Assembly: GCA_018823125.1 (NCBI GenBank)
Contig: JAHJIW010000009.1
Coordinates: forward strand, 4,170-68,169
DNA from: Candidatus Margulisiibacteriota bacterium
Lineage (GTDB): Bacteria > Margulisbacteria > WOR-1 > JAHJIW01
Length of the DNA: 64,000 nucleotides
Direction: 5' to 3'
This document shows, piece after piece, positions 27,589-37,180 of this stretch. Made by a program: the position numbers and the translations under genes. The notes beneath the pieces are model-generated. The model searched no databases, had not been told where the DNA came from, and saw only the letters and a list, made by a program, of their open reading frames with translations. Numbering within the stretch: the stretch's first letter is position 1; each line of letters starts with the position of its first letter.

Positions 27589-28118
27589 TTTTTCACCTCA
27601 AAAATATAGTGACCTTTAGTATCAATCGCGACTACGGCGGGGAAATTAGAAATCTCAAGTTCCCGGATGGCTTCGGTGCCCAGCTCACCGTAAGCCACTA
27701 TTTTAGCAGATTTAATATGTTTCGAAAGGAGGGCGCCTGCTCCTCCGGTGGCAACTAAGTAAATCGATTGATTGGCTTTGCAGCTTTTGATTACGGTTTG
27801 ATCGCGATAGCCTTTGCCAATGGTGATTTTTACTCCTGCTTTGTATAAAGCGGGGGCGAAACCATCCATGCGTGAAGCGGTCGTTGGTCCAGCCGCACCG
27901 ATAACTTTTCCGGGACGCGCCGGCGATGGTCCTACGTAATAAATGACCTGGCCTTTTAGATTGACGGGTAACTTTTTACCTTTTTTGATGGTTTCAACTA
28001 ACTTTTTATGCGCCTGATCCCGCGCGGTAATGATAGTTCCGGTTAAAAGAACTTTATCTCCAACTTTAAGCTGGGCGAGTTCTTTTACATCGTTGATTGG
28101 TACTTGGATTGTTTTCAT
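27585..28118 (-). CDS. Fe-S fumarate/tartrate hydratase beta subunit
   Basis: TARDQAH, AGPTTASRMD; ATGA overlap with the alpha subunit. Confidence 0.93.
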   Translation of the reverse strand: MKTIQVPINDVKELAQLKVGDKVLLTGTIITARDQAHKKLVETIKKGKKLPVNLKGQVIYYVGPSPARPGKVIGAAGPTTASRMDGFAPALYKAGVKITIGKGYRDQTVIKSCKANQSIYLVATGGAGALLSKHIKSAKIVAYGELGTEAIRELEISNFPAVVAIDTKGHYIFEVKK

Positions 28119-28957
28119 ATAATAGCTTCTTTTACCCGGTGGGCATGACATTCAATATTTACTGCTACCGGCAGGCTGGCAATGTGACAAGGAAAGGGTT
28201 CAATAAATACGGCAAGGGCAGTAGTGTTGCCGCCGAGTCCAGCTGGTCCGATTCCGGTCTTATTAATCTCGGCCAAAAGTTCTTTTTCGAGGCGTGCAGA
28301 GATTTTATCCCTATTTTTTGATCCGATTTTCCTGAAAAGAGATTTTTTTGCCAGAAAAACAGCTTTATCAAACGTTCCGCCTTTGCCGATGCCAATTATC
28401 AGTGGAGGGCAGGCGGATGCGCCGGCTTGCTTAACTACGTCAACTATAAATGCTTTGATTTCTTTTTCGGAAGCGGTAGGTTTAAATAATTTAATTTGGC
28501 TGCAATTTTCGGCTCCGCCGCCTTTAGCCATAAATTTAATTTTTATTTTATTCCCTGGTACATGATCGATATGAATATGAGCAGGGATGTTAGTTTTAGT
28601 ATTTTTGCGATCGAGCGGGTGAGCGACGATAGATTTCCTTAGGTATCCTTTTTTATATCCCAGTTTTACGCCGTCGTTAATGGCTTTTTCGAGTGTCCCG
28701 CCCGCAATTTTTACATCTTGACCGAGTTCAACCAGAACTACCGCAAAACCAGTATCCTGACAAATTGGAATTCTTTCGCGACGCGCAATGCTCGCATTTT
28801 CGATTAATTGTTTTAGAATATCCTTGGCAGTGGAATTAGTTTCTTTGCGAAGTGCCGATTTAAGGGCGCAAAGTACATCGCTGCTTAGTTCATAATTTGC
28901 TCGAATGCATAAATCGGCGATGGTTTTGGTAATTTGGGCTGTTTTTACTGTCCGCAT
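28115..28957 (-). CDS. Fe-S fumarate/tartrate hydratase alpha subunit
   Basis: PICQDTG, KGGGAEN, ACPP, CHAHR. Confidence 0.93.
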   Translation of the reverse strand: MRTVKTAQITKTIADLCIRANYELSSDVLCALKSALRKETNSTAKDILKQLIENASIARRERIPICQDTGFAVVLVELGQDVKIAGGTLEKAINDGVKLGYKKGYLRKSIVAHPLDRKNTKTNIPAHIHIDHVPGNKIKIKFMAKGGGAENCSQIKLFKPTASEKEIKAFIVDVVKQAGASACPPLIIGIGKGGTFDKAVFLAKKSLFRKIGSKNRDKISARLEKELLAEINKTGIGPAGLGGNTTALAVFIEPFPCHIASLPVAVNIECHAHRVKEAII

Positions 28958-28962
28958 GGAGG

Positions 28963-29886
28963 CTATTTTATCAGTTTTTCGATGTTTTTCCTAATTGATG
29001 CGGCCGATTTTTGGAGTGCCGCTTTTTCCTCAGCGGTTAACTCCAGTTCAACAATTTCTTCTACGCCACCCTTACCCAAAACGGCCGGAACGCCGATGTA
29101 AATATCATTTAATCCGTATTTTCCTTCGACATAAGCGCAGGTTAAGATGCTTTCTTTTTTATCTTTGATAATGGCTTCGGCCATGTAAGCCGAACAGGCG
29201 CCCGGAGCGTAATAGGCACTGCCGGTTTTTAAGTGTTTTACGATTTCGGCTCCGCCTTGAGCGGTACGTTTAACGATGGCCTCGATTTTTTCTTTGGATA
29301 ATAATTCGGTGATGGGTTTTCCCGCCGCAGTGGTGAGCCGGGGTATCGGAACCATTAAATCTCCGTGAGTGCCGAGAACCATGGCTTTCACTTCGCGTCT
29401 TGAAATATTAAGTTCCATTGCCAGAAAAGTTGCCATCCGCGATGCGTCTAATAGTGGTGCCATTCCTAATACCCGTTTGGAGGGAAAACCGCTGGTTTTA
29501 AGTGCTAAATAGACCATGGCATCCAGCGGATTAGTTACTAATAGTAAAATACAATTGGGAGATTCTTTTACGGCGCCTTTAACGCAGGATTTTATGATTT
29601 CTGCATTTTTTGCGAGCAGATCATCGCGGCTCATGCCGGGCTTGCGAGCCAGTCCTGCGGTAATAATTACTAAATCCGAATTTTTGGTGTCTTTATAATC
29701 ATTGGTGCCGACAATATTTGAATCAAATCCACAAACCGGACCGGATTGCATCATGTCTAAAGCTTTACCCTGGGGAATTCCTTCTACGATGTCTAATAAA
29801 ACGATTTCTCCTAAGTTTTTTGAAGCCAGTTGTCTTGCACATTCAGCGCCTACATTGCCGGCGCCGATAACTGTGATTTTAGCCAT
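28963..29886 (-). CDS. mdh: Malate dehydrogenase
   Basis: [16 protein letters not shown]. Confidence 0.95.
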   Translation of the reverse strand: MAKITVIGAGNVGAECARQLASKNLGEIVLLDIVEGIPQGKALDMMQSGPVCGFDSNIVGTNDYKDTKNSDLVIITAGLARKPGMSRDDLLAKNAEIIKSCVKGAVKESPNCILLLVTNPLDAMVYLALKTSGFPSKRVLGMAPLLDASRMATFLAMELNISRREVKAMVLGTHGDLMVPIPRLTTAAGKPITELLSKEKIEAIVKRTAQGGAEIVKHLKTGSAYYAPGACSAYMAEAIIKDKKESILTCAYVEGKYGLNDIYIGVPAVLGKGGVEEIVELELTAEEKAALQKSAASIRKNIEKLIK

Positions 29887-29897
29887 GATGATTCCTC

Positions 29898-30722
29898 CTA
29901 TTTTTGAACCCCGTGATTATAACATGCGGCGGCGATTCCGATAAATTCTTCCAGGCTTAACGTTTCGGGGCGGCGCATCGGGTCCACCGGCCAGTTTTGG
30001 ATGTTAAATTCCTTCAGCGAATTAGAAAGTGTTTTTCTTCTTTGCTGAAAAGCGGCGTGCATGACATCAAAGAATTTTTCTTTTGCCGCTCCGGTTAAGA
30101 AGGGCTTGGTATGGGGAGTAATTTTTACGATGGCCGAGCTGACCTCCGGCTGCGGAAAGAAAGCAAACTTTTGGATTAAAGAAATTAATTTCACTTCACC
30201 GTAAAACTGGCAGAAAACCGAAAACGAACCATAAATTTTGGAGCCCGGTTTAGACGCCATTCTTTCTACCACTTCTTTTTGTACGGTTAAAACGGCTAGT
30301 GCGGGCGGATTATCCACATCTAATATTTTTTCCATGATGGGGGCAGTGATGTAATAGGGGAGATTAGCCACGATTTTATAATTTTTGAGCCCTTGAATAA
30401 CTTTTTGATAATCAATCTTTAAAATGTCGCCTAAAATATAATCAATATTATTGTATTTAGCCAAAATTTCTTTTGAAAGCTTTAATAATTCCTGATCAAT
30501 CTCAATGGTAATTACTTTTTTGGCGCGATCGGCCAATTCTTTGGTTAAAATCGCGAGTCCGGTCCCAATTTCGATAATGGTGTCCTCTGGCTTGATATCT
30601 GCGGTATCTACGATGCGCCTTAATATTGTAGGATCAATTAAAAAGTTTTGCCCCAGGCGTTTTTGCGGGCGCCGGTTGATGGAAGCTAAAAGTTCCTGGG
30701 TTATTTGTTTAAGTGATGGCAT
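29898..30722 (-). CDS. rsmA: 16S rRNA dimethyladenosine transferase
   Basis: [13 protein letters not shown]. Confidence 0.96.
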   Translation of the reverse strand: MPSLKQITQELLASINRRPQKRLGQNFLIDPTILRRIVDTADIKPEDTIIEIGTGLAILTKELADRAKKVITIEIDQELLKLSKEILAKYNNIDYILGDILKIDYQKVIQGLKNYKIVANLPYYITAPIMEKILDVDNPPALAVLTVQKEVVERMASKPGSKIYGSFSVFCQFYGEVKLISLIQKFAFFPQPEVSSAIVKITPHTKPFLTGAAKEKFFDVMHAAFQQRRKTLSNSLKEFNIQNWPVDPMRRPETLSLEEFIGIAAACYNHGVQK

Positions 30723-30728
30723 AAATAA

Positions 30729-31715
30729 TTATTTACAGAAAAGCGCCGCTGCCTTGATGGCTTCAATCAAACTTGAAGGATTAGCATATCCCCGCCAGGC
30801 AATATCAAAACCGGTGCCGTGGTCAACTGAAGTTCTGACAAAGGGAAGGCCGGCCGTCACATTAACTGACTTATTAAATGCGGCGAGCTTCAATGGAATT
30901 AATCCTTGATCGTGATACATGGCAATTACAATATCAAATAAGTTAGCTTTGGCTAAATTAAAGATGGCGTCTGGAGAAATTGGCCCCTCAACTTTGATCC
31001 CTTGTTTTTTTGCTTTTTCGATGGCAGGTTTAATGATTTTTATTTCTTCTTTGCCAAAAATTCCGGATTCGCCGGCGTGCGGGTTTAATCCGGCTACGCC
31101 AATTTTAGGTTTTTGTTTTTTTACTTTCTGCAGGAAGTCATGCGCCAGTTTTATTTTTTCAAAAATCTTATCTTTACTCAGTGCTTTGCTAACCGAATGT
31201 AAGGGCAGATGGGTAGTAACCAGCATGACCCAAAAAGCCGGCGAAACAAACAGCATCCCGTAGTTTTTAGTTTTCGTTTCCCTGGCTAAAATCTCGGTGT
31301 GACCCTGATATTTGAAACCAGCTTTGTGCATGGCTTCTTTATTAATGGGAGCGGTGGTAATGGCGTCAATTTTTTTATTTTTAGCCAGCTCAATCGCTTT
31401 AAAAACATATTCAACCGCGGCTTTCCCGGCGGCTTTGCTGACTTGTCCTTTTTTGAGGCTAGCGGGCACATTATTTAAATCCAGTACGTTAATGATCCAG
31501 TTTTTGTAAACCGCATCTTCAATTTTTGAGATGGTGTTGATTTTAGATTTATTTTTTAAAATGCGGCAGGCTTCTTCAATAGTTTTGGCGTCGCCGATAA
31601 TTACCGGGTTAGCAATTTTATTGACCTCAGAAGATGAGAGTGCTTTAACGCAGACTTCGGGGCCGATGCCGGCGGGATCCCCCATGGTGATGCCGATAGT
31701 GGGTTTCTTACTCAT
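30729..31715 (-). CDS. pdxA: 4-hydroxythreonine-4-phosphate dehydrogenase
   Basis: GDPAGIGPE, GHTE, NPHAGE, YHDQG, RTSVDHGT. Confidence 0.95.
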   Translation of the reverse strand: MSKKPTIGITMGDPAGIGPEVCVKALSSSEVNKIANPVIIGDAKTIEEACRILKNKSKINTISKIEDAVYKNWIINVLDLNNVPASLKKGQVSKAAGKAAVEYVFKAIELAKNKKIDAITTAPINKEAMHKAGFKYQGHTEILARETKTKNYGMLFVSPAFWVMLVTTHLPLHSVSKALSKDKIFEKIKLAHDFLQKVKKQKPKIGVAGLNPHAGESGIFGKEEIKIIKPAIEKAKKQGIKVEGPISPDAIFNLAKANLFDIVIAMYHDQGLIPLKLAAFNKSVNVTAGLPFVRTSVDHGTGFDIAWRGYANPSSLIEAIKAAALFCK

Positions 31716-31720
31716 GAAAT

Positions 31721-32911
31721 TTACGCAAACCTTATGTTAGCTTTTTTGAGGCGTTCCACGGCTTCGATGATGCGCTCTTTGGTATCCACCAAAGCTATCC
31801 GGACATAACCTTCTCCCTCGTCGCCAAAAGCCGTGCCAGGAGCTACTACTACTCCGGTTTTTTCCAGAAGCAGAGTTGAGAACTCAGCGCAGTTGTATCC
31901 CTTAGGGACCGGAGCCCATACATACATAGTTCCTTTTGGCTTTTCAATCTTCCAGCCAAGGGAATTTAACCCGTCCACTAATATATCGCGGCGTTCTTTG
32001 TAGGTTTTGCGCATTTTTTCCATATATTCGTCTTCGTGCGCTAAAGCTTTAGCGGCCGCTTTCTGTGCACCCATAAATAATCCATAATCAAGATTGGTTT
32101 TTATCTGCCTTAAGGCTCCGATCAATTCACGATTGCCAACCGCAAAACCAACTCTCCAACCCGCCATGCCGAATGTTTTAGAGCAGGTATGAAACTCAAT
32201 GCAAACATCTTTAGCCTCAGGAATTTCAAGCATGCTGATTGGTTTATTGCCTTCAAAGTATAATTCAGCATAAGCAAAATCATGCAGCAGAATTAATTTA
32301 TACTTTTTAGCGAAAGCTACGGCTTTTTTAAAATATTCTTTAGTTGCAAAAGCGGTCGTCGGATTAGTTGGATAAGAAAGAATTAACATTTTTGCTTTTT
32401 TAGCGACATCGGGATTAATATCATCCAAATCCGGCATGTAGCCATTGGATTCGGTTGCCGGTAGTGATATAGGTGTTCCTCCGGCTAAAATAGTTCCGTT
32501 AAAATGAGCAGGGTAAGCGGGCATTGGGACTAATGTGGTGTCTCCCGGATTGATAAAAGCAAAGGCAAAGTGGATTAATCCTTCTTTGGACCCAATTAAA
32601 ACGATGGTTTCCAGGTCGGGATCAACTTTAAAGCCGTATTCTCTTTTGCACCAGTTAGCAATGGCGACCCTTAAATCATGGGTTCCGGGAAAGCTGGGGT
32701 AGCGGTGGGTTTCGGGATCCTTTAAAGCCTCGATGACTTCGTCAATTACATCCTGAGGAGGGAAAATATTAGGATTTCCCATTCCTAAGTCGATGAGGTC
32801 CACACCTTTTCTACGTTCGCGGGCTTTGAGTTCGTCTAGTTTAGCAAAAACGTAGGTTGGTAGTTTTTTTAGTCTTTCTGCTTTTTCCATTATGATCTCG
32901 CTTTTTGCCAT
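31721..32911 (-). CDS. PLP-dependent aminotransferase class I (LL-diaminopimelate aminotransferase-like)
   Basis: GSKEGL, YPTNPT, SKTFGMAGWRVG. Confidence 0.85.
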   Translation of the reverse strand: MAKSEIIMEKAERLKKLPTYVFAKLDELKARERRKGVDLIDLGMGNPNIFPPQDVIDEVIEALKDPETHRYPSFPGTHDLRVAIANWCKREYGFKVDPDLETIVLIGSKEGLIHFAFAFINPGDTTLVPMPAYPAHFNGTILAGGTPISLPATESNGYMPDLDDINPDVAKKAKMLILSYPTNPTTAFATKEYFKKAVAFAKKYKLILLHDFAYAELYFEGNKPISMLEIPEAKDVCIEFHTCSKTFGMAGWRVGFAVGNRELIGALRQIKTNLDYGLFMGAQKAAAKALAHEDEYMEKMRKTYKERRDILVDGLNSLGWKIEKPKGTMYVWAPVPKGYNCAEFSTLLLEKTGVVVAPGTAFGDEGEGYVRIALVDTKERIIEAVERLKKANIRFA

Positions 32912-33747
32912 GTAAAGTGAGCCTGATATGAACTCCGGACAAAGGGTCCGGCTTCGACCTGCAAAAATCCCATCTTTTCGGCCTTAGCTTTGTACTGACT
33001 AAAGATTTCCGGATTTACGTACTCTCTAACCGGAAGATGGGATTTGGATGGAGGAAGATACTGTCCTAACGTTACGATATCTACTTCCGCCCACCGCAGG
33101 TAACTTAAAAGCTCAATTACCTCGCATTCTTCTTCGCCTAATCCTACCATAAAGCCAGATTTTGTGTAAATGTCCTTTTTGAGTTCCTTGGCAGCTTTTA
33201 AAAGTTTAAGTGATCTTTTGAAATCGGCCTGGGGGCGGACCGCGCGATATAAGCGCGAGATAGTTTCAACGTTGTGATTTAGCACATCCGGCTTGGCGTC
33301 CAGTATGGTTTTTAAATCTTTAGTATTTCCTTGTAAATCAGGAATTAAAACTTCTACTTTTGCCTCAGGTAGTTGTTTCCGAATTTCAGCAATACAGGCC
33401 GAAAAGTGCCCGGCGCCGCCGTCCGGCAGATCATCTCTGGTTACAGAAGTAATGACCACATATTTAAGCCCTAGTTTTTTTGCGGCTTTGGCTATGTTTT
33501 GCGGTTCTTTCCGATCCAGGGTTAGGGGCCTGCCGCTTGAAACCGCGCAGAATGTACAATTTCTGGAGCAAACGTTTCCCAGTATCATAAAAGTCAGCGT
33601 GTTTTTTGAAAAACATTCTCCGATATTGGGACACAGCGCGGATTGGCAGACGGTACAAAGTAAAGTATCGCCCAGTAATTCTTGAATCTTATTGATGTTT
33701 CTTTGTTTGGGCGTTTTCTTGATGAGCCATTTGGGTAAATTTGACAT
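32890..33747 (-). CDS. lipA: Lipoyl synthase
   Basis: CX4CX5C plus CX3CX2C, VRSSY. Confidence 0.96.
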   Translation of the reverse strand: MSNLPKWLIKKTPKQRNINKIQELLGDTLLCTVCQSALCPNIGECFSKNTLTFMILGNVCSRNCTFCAVSSGRPLTLDRKEPQNIAKAAKKLGLKYVVITSVTRDDLPDGGAGHFSACIAEIRKQLPEAKVEVLIPDLQGNTKDLKTILDAKPDVLNHNVETISRLYRAVRPQADFKRSLKLLKAAKELKKDIYTKSGFMVGLGEEECEVIELLSYLRWAEVDIVTLGQYLPPSKSHLPVREYVNPEIFSQYKAKAEKMGFLQVEAGPFVRSSYQAHFTWQKARS

Positions 33748-33782
33748 TAGCTAATTGTACCTAAAAAAAATCAGATTGAAAG

Positions 33783-33812
33783 TGAAATTTTTGGGGGGAG
33801 ATTACGATAATA
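33783..33812 (+). promoter_or_regulatory. sigma28-like promoter
   Basis: TGAAATTT-N14-CGATAATA. Confidence 0.7.
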
Positions 33813-33841
33813 AATTAGTGAATTATCTTTAGGTGAATTAT

Positions 33842-34747
33842 ATGGGCAAAATGTCGGTAAGTAGATATTTAAAAACACCTGCGCATCCTTTAAGGATGAG
33901 CAGAAGCTTTGGGGACCGGCTGAGGCATGCGCTCTTTTTATATCCGCAAAAGGCAGAAATGGTTTTTTCTTCAGGCAGAGAAGATCAAGGGCGGGCCAGA
34001 TTTGCAGCGCAATGCTTTACTGCCGCGATGCAGGCACAGGATGTGAAGCTAGCTAAGACCTTAGGAGATTTGTTTGCAGAAGATTTGTCGCTTTTAGATC
34101 GATTAATTTTAGTTGGCAATGGTAAGGCTGGGGGAGATTTAATTATAAGGCCCAGTCAAACAATTTCGCTTGAAGATGCAGATAAGCTTTTTGCCGCTTC
34201 CTGGAGGTATTTGAGTTTTAGGACTGAGGTGGAAGGTCAGTATCTGCCGGATCATGATCCAAATGCCTTATATCAAGTTTTATTTTCACGCGTATTTACG
34301 CCAGACGCCACGGCACAACTTTTAAGAAGTAAAGACGGCCCCTATGATTTTAGCGAAGGGTTCATGTTTAGATTTAAAGTTGCCTATAATTTGCTGGGTC
34401 CGTCAGCCTCGATTGGAACCGCTTTCGGTTTTGCGCTGGATCCGAGTAATGAATGGTTAATAGGAAAAATATCAGCGGCATTTACTGCAAATCGTGAGTT
34501 GTGTTCTGCTCTGGAAAGCTATTCGGGCCGGTCAGCGGTTGATACGATTCAAGCCAGAGGGATGCTTTCTCATGAGATTTCTAAGCTTATGCAGGTTACC
34601 TATCCGCTGCTCAGTGAAATGCGGGTCCGTGGAGATCGCATAATTTCAGGTAGATTTTTAGGCTTTGACGAAATCTTCGCCCGCAGACTAATTGACCCCC
34701 GCGAGTTTAAATCCGAAGCAGAAATTGTTGGGCTAACGGAGGAATAA
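33842..34747 (+). CDS. Orphan hypothetical protein (paralog A)
   Basis: About 300 aa; shares blocks with the downstream gene (AFGFALDP/AVAFAVDP, DTIQA, FARRL/FLRRL). Confidence 0.75.
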   Translation: MGKMSVSRYLKTPAHPLRMSRSFGDRLRHALFLYPQKAEMVFSSGREDQGRARFAAQCFTAAMQAQDVKLAKTLGDLFAEDLSLLDRLILVGNGKAGGDLIIRPSQTISLEDADKLFAASWRYLSFRTEVEGQYLPDHDPNALYQVLFSRVFTPDATAQLLRSKDGPYDFSEGFMFRFKVAYNLLGPSASIGTAFGFALDPSNEWLIGKISAAFTANRELCSALESYSGRSAVDTIQARGMLSHEISKLMQVTYPLLSEMRVRGDRIISGRFLGFDEIFARRLIDPREFKSEAEIVGLTEE

Positions 34748-34749
34748 AT

Positions 34750-35605
34750 ATGAGTAAGCTACTTATTGAATCGTACATAGCCAACCCTAACCAAAGAATG
34801 TTTCGTTTAAATCCAAATTTACGCAGAACTACAGCAAAATGGATGCGTAAAGCTTGGGGGGGGGGCGGCGCAGCAAAGTCCGGCCATGGTCGGGGTAGGA
34901 GCGGCCTATGCTTTGCAGCCGGGAAGTATGGATTTGGCGCTTAAATTAATGCATAGATTTGTAGAAAAACCGCAATTTTGTCAAAGTTTTGCTACCTCGA
35001 TCGCAGGGACGGCAGACGGTGCGCTAGGATTTATTGGGATTGACGCTATCCAAGCACTCTTGAAAGTTTCTGCTCCGGAAATAGTTTTAAGAGATGAGTC
35101 TAGATATGGCATTAACGGCCAAACCGAATCGGAAATAAGTGAACAAGTCATGTTGGCGCGCATGTTTGACTGTCAATATGGTTACCATTTTAATGAGCGC
35201 TCTGCCTTGAGCGAGGCCTTTATCAGGCGATTTGGACAAGCACTGGTGGTAGCGGGTAATCCTCCGAATGTTATGGAAGGTAATATTGAGATGATAGGGT
35301 GGGCGGTGGCCTTTGCGGTAGACCCAGGTCACGAAGGTTTAAAAGACCAGGTGAGGGCCGTTTTCCGCGAAAAACCGTTATTGATGGGTGAATTTGCAGC
35401 GCTGCAGCCTATGATTATGATGGATACGATTCAGGCGATGCCTTTTCAATCTCAAGGTAATGATTTTAAAGGATTGTTATACCATTTAAAACGTCGAAAT
35501 GTAATTTTACAAAGTCGGCAAAACCCATCTGGAAAAATGACCCGAACCGAAGTTTTTCTGAGAAGACTTTTACATCAAGATGAACTTAATCAAATAATCT
35601 CTTGA
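34750..35605 (+). pseudogene. Orphan paralog B, frameshifted at a G10 tract (possibly phase-variable)
   Basis: Removing one G joins ORF 34750 to ORF 34886 in one 284-aa frame (..KAWGGAAQQSPAMVGVG..). Confidence 0.75.
34856..34865 (+). repeat. G10 homopolymer
   Basis: gcttGGGGGGGGGGcggcg. Confidence 0.95.
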
Positions 35606-35649
35606 CAGCCCTCCTTGAATAGGTATAATCGGTATAGCTAATACCTATT
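35602..35649 (+). promoter_or_regulatory. sigma70 promoter with overlapping inverted repeat (putative Rrf2 operator)
   Basis: TTGACA 35602, TATAAT 35624; AATAGGTAT-N14-ATACCTATT at 35618-35649. Confidence 0.7.
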
Positions 35650-35661
35650 ATGGAGGATGAC

Positions 35662-36060
35662 ATGAAAATTACACGAGCTTCAGATTACACCATCCGACTT
35701 TTGATTCACTTGGCATCACAGGGTGGGGTCGGTACCAGCGAAGCGTTAGCCAAAGAACTGGACATTCCTTTTAATCACCTCGCTAAACTAGTTCAAACTT
35801 TATCCCGCCGCGGTTATTTAATTACCCGTAAAGGCAAAGGCGGAGGCCTTCGGCTAGCCTTGGATCCACGCAAAATAAATTTGGCTTCCATTATTGAAAT
35901 GATGGATGGTCCCATGATTTTAAACGAATGTATCCTGCACCGCGAAAACTGCCGCTTTAGCGGTAAGTGTAAATTTAGAAGATATTTATCGCAAGTTCGC
36001 AATCAAATGCTAACCATGTTTGAAAACAAATCAATTTATGATTTAGTTCCCGCAAAATAA
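35662..36060 (+). CDS. Rrf2-family transcriptional regulator (3 Cys)
   Basis: MKITRASDY, KGKGGGLRLA, C-X6-C-X5-C. Confidence 0.92.
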   Translation: MKITRASDYTIRLLIHLASQGGVGTSEALAKELDIPFNHLAKLVQTLSRRGYLITRKGKGGGLRLALDPRKINLASIIEMMDGPMILNECILHRENCRFSGKCKFRRYLSQVRNQMLTMFENKSIYDLVPAK

Positions 36061-36080
36061 ATAATGAAAGGGGGTGAAAT

Positions 36081-36374
36081 ATGACACTCGATGAATTAAA
36101 TGGTTATCTAGTGAACAATAGTCAAGTTGAATGGGCACAGGACGATGATGGAAATTTGTATCTACGTCATGCTATTTTTGACGGAGAACACGAAAAGCTA
36201 AAGATAGAACCGCGTGCGCTAAAGGATCTGACGGTAGAAAAGTTGGAAAAACTTCTGGTAGGTGGTCGCAACATTGACCACATTACCCGGGTAACTGGTT
36301 ATTTTTCCAGAGTTTCGGGTTGGAATAAAGGTAAGCGGGCAGAGTTGGTTGATCGACAGAGAGTGCAAATTTAA
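36081..36374 (+). CDS. Stand-alone NrdD-like glycyl-radical domain protein
   Basis: C-terminal ITRVTGYFSRVSGWNKGKRAELVDR = class III RNR terminus. Confidence 0.8.
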   Translation: MTLDELNGYLVNNSQVEWAQDDDGNLYLRHAIFDGEHEKLKIEPRALKDLTVEKLEKLLVGGRNIDHITRVTGYFSRVSGWNKGKRAELVDRQRVQI

Positions 36375-36386
36375 TCTATGATTTTA

Positions 36387-36447
36387 ATGTTCGTTTTACG
36401 GGGTGCTCTTTAGATTGATCGCCTAAGGAGTGCCCTTAAGCGGACGT
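36387..36447 (+). other. Long GU-rich intergenic stem-loop
   Basis: ATGTTCGTTT..GGGTGCTCTTTAG pairs with CTAAGGAGTGCCC..AAGCGGACGT. Confidence 0.6.
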
Positions 36448-36459
36448 CCCGCCCAAATT

Positions 36460-36492
36460 GATATTGATTTTCATTCTCAATTACATTATAAT
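36460..36492 (+). promoter_or_regulatory. Fur box overlapping the fur-feoAB promoter
   Basis: GATATTGATTTTCATTCTC (15/19 to consensus); TTGATT-N17-TATAAT. Confidence 0.8.
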
Positions 36493-36498
36493 GCCTAC

Positions 36499-36936
36499 AT
36501 GCCCAGTCCTCAGCAGATATTCAATGATTTCATCAAACAACAGGGATTAAAAACCACTGCGCAGCGACAAATTGTTCTGGATACCTTTTTAACTACCGAA
36601 AAACACCTCAGCGCTGAAGATCTATATAAACTGGCCTGCAAAAAAGATCCCTGCATCGGTTTAGCAACCGTGCACCGCACTTTAAAATTAATGAAAGAGG
36701 CGGGAGTAGCCCGCGAAGTTAATTTTGGTGATGGTATCCGGCGCTTTGAGCATTTATTGGGTCATCCGCACCATGATCATTTTATCTGTGAAGTATGCGG
36801 AAAAGTTATTGAATTTGTCGATCCCGAAATTGAAAAGAAACAGGAAAAACTTTGTAATAAACATAAATTTGAAGGCAAAAGCCACTTGATGCAAATTTTT
36901 GGTGTCTGTAAAGCTTGTCGGAAACGAGGGAAATAA
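36499..36936 (+). CDS. fur: Ferric uptake regulator
   Basis: HLSAEDL, IGLATVHRTL, HHDHFIC..C, CKAC. Confidence 0.93.
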   Translation: MPSPQQIFNDFIKQQGLKTTAQRQIVLDTFLTTEKHLSAEDLYKLACKKDPCIGLATVHRTLKLMKEAGVAREVNFGDGIRRFEHLLGHPHHDHFICEVCGKVIEFVDPEIEKKQEKLCNKHKFEGKSHLMQIFGVCKACRKRGK

Positions 36937-36937
36937 T

Positions 36938-37180
36938 ATGAATCCAAAAGAAGTTTCGGTTACCAGCATGCGGTCGGGTCAGAGTGGGGTGGTGACCGGG
37001 ATTGCCGGTGGACACGAAGTGTCCCGCCGCCTGCAAGCAATGGGAGTCAAAACCGGAAAACCAATAACTAAGGTAAGCGGCATGTTCTTTTGGGGACCGG
37101 TAACGGTTAGAGTTGGACATACTCAGCTTAGTATCGGTCATGGGATGGCTTCTAAGATAATGGTTGAGGTAGCAGAATGA
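36938..37180 (+). CDS. feoA: Ferrous iron transport protein A
   Basis: RRLQAMGV..GPV SH3-like domain; upstream of feoB. Confidence 0.92.
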   Translation: MNPKEVSVTSMRSGQSGVVTGIAGGHEVSRRLQAMGVKTGKPITKVSGMFFWGPVTVRVGHTQLSIGHGMASKIMVEVAE

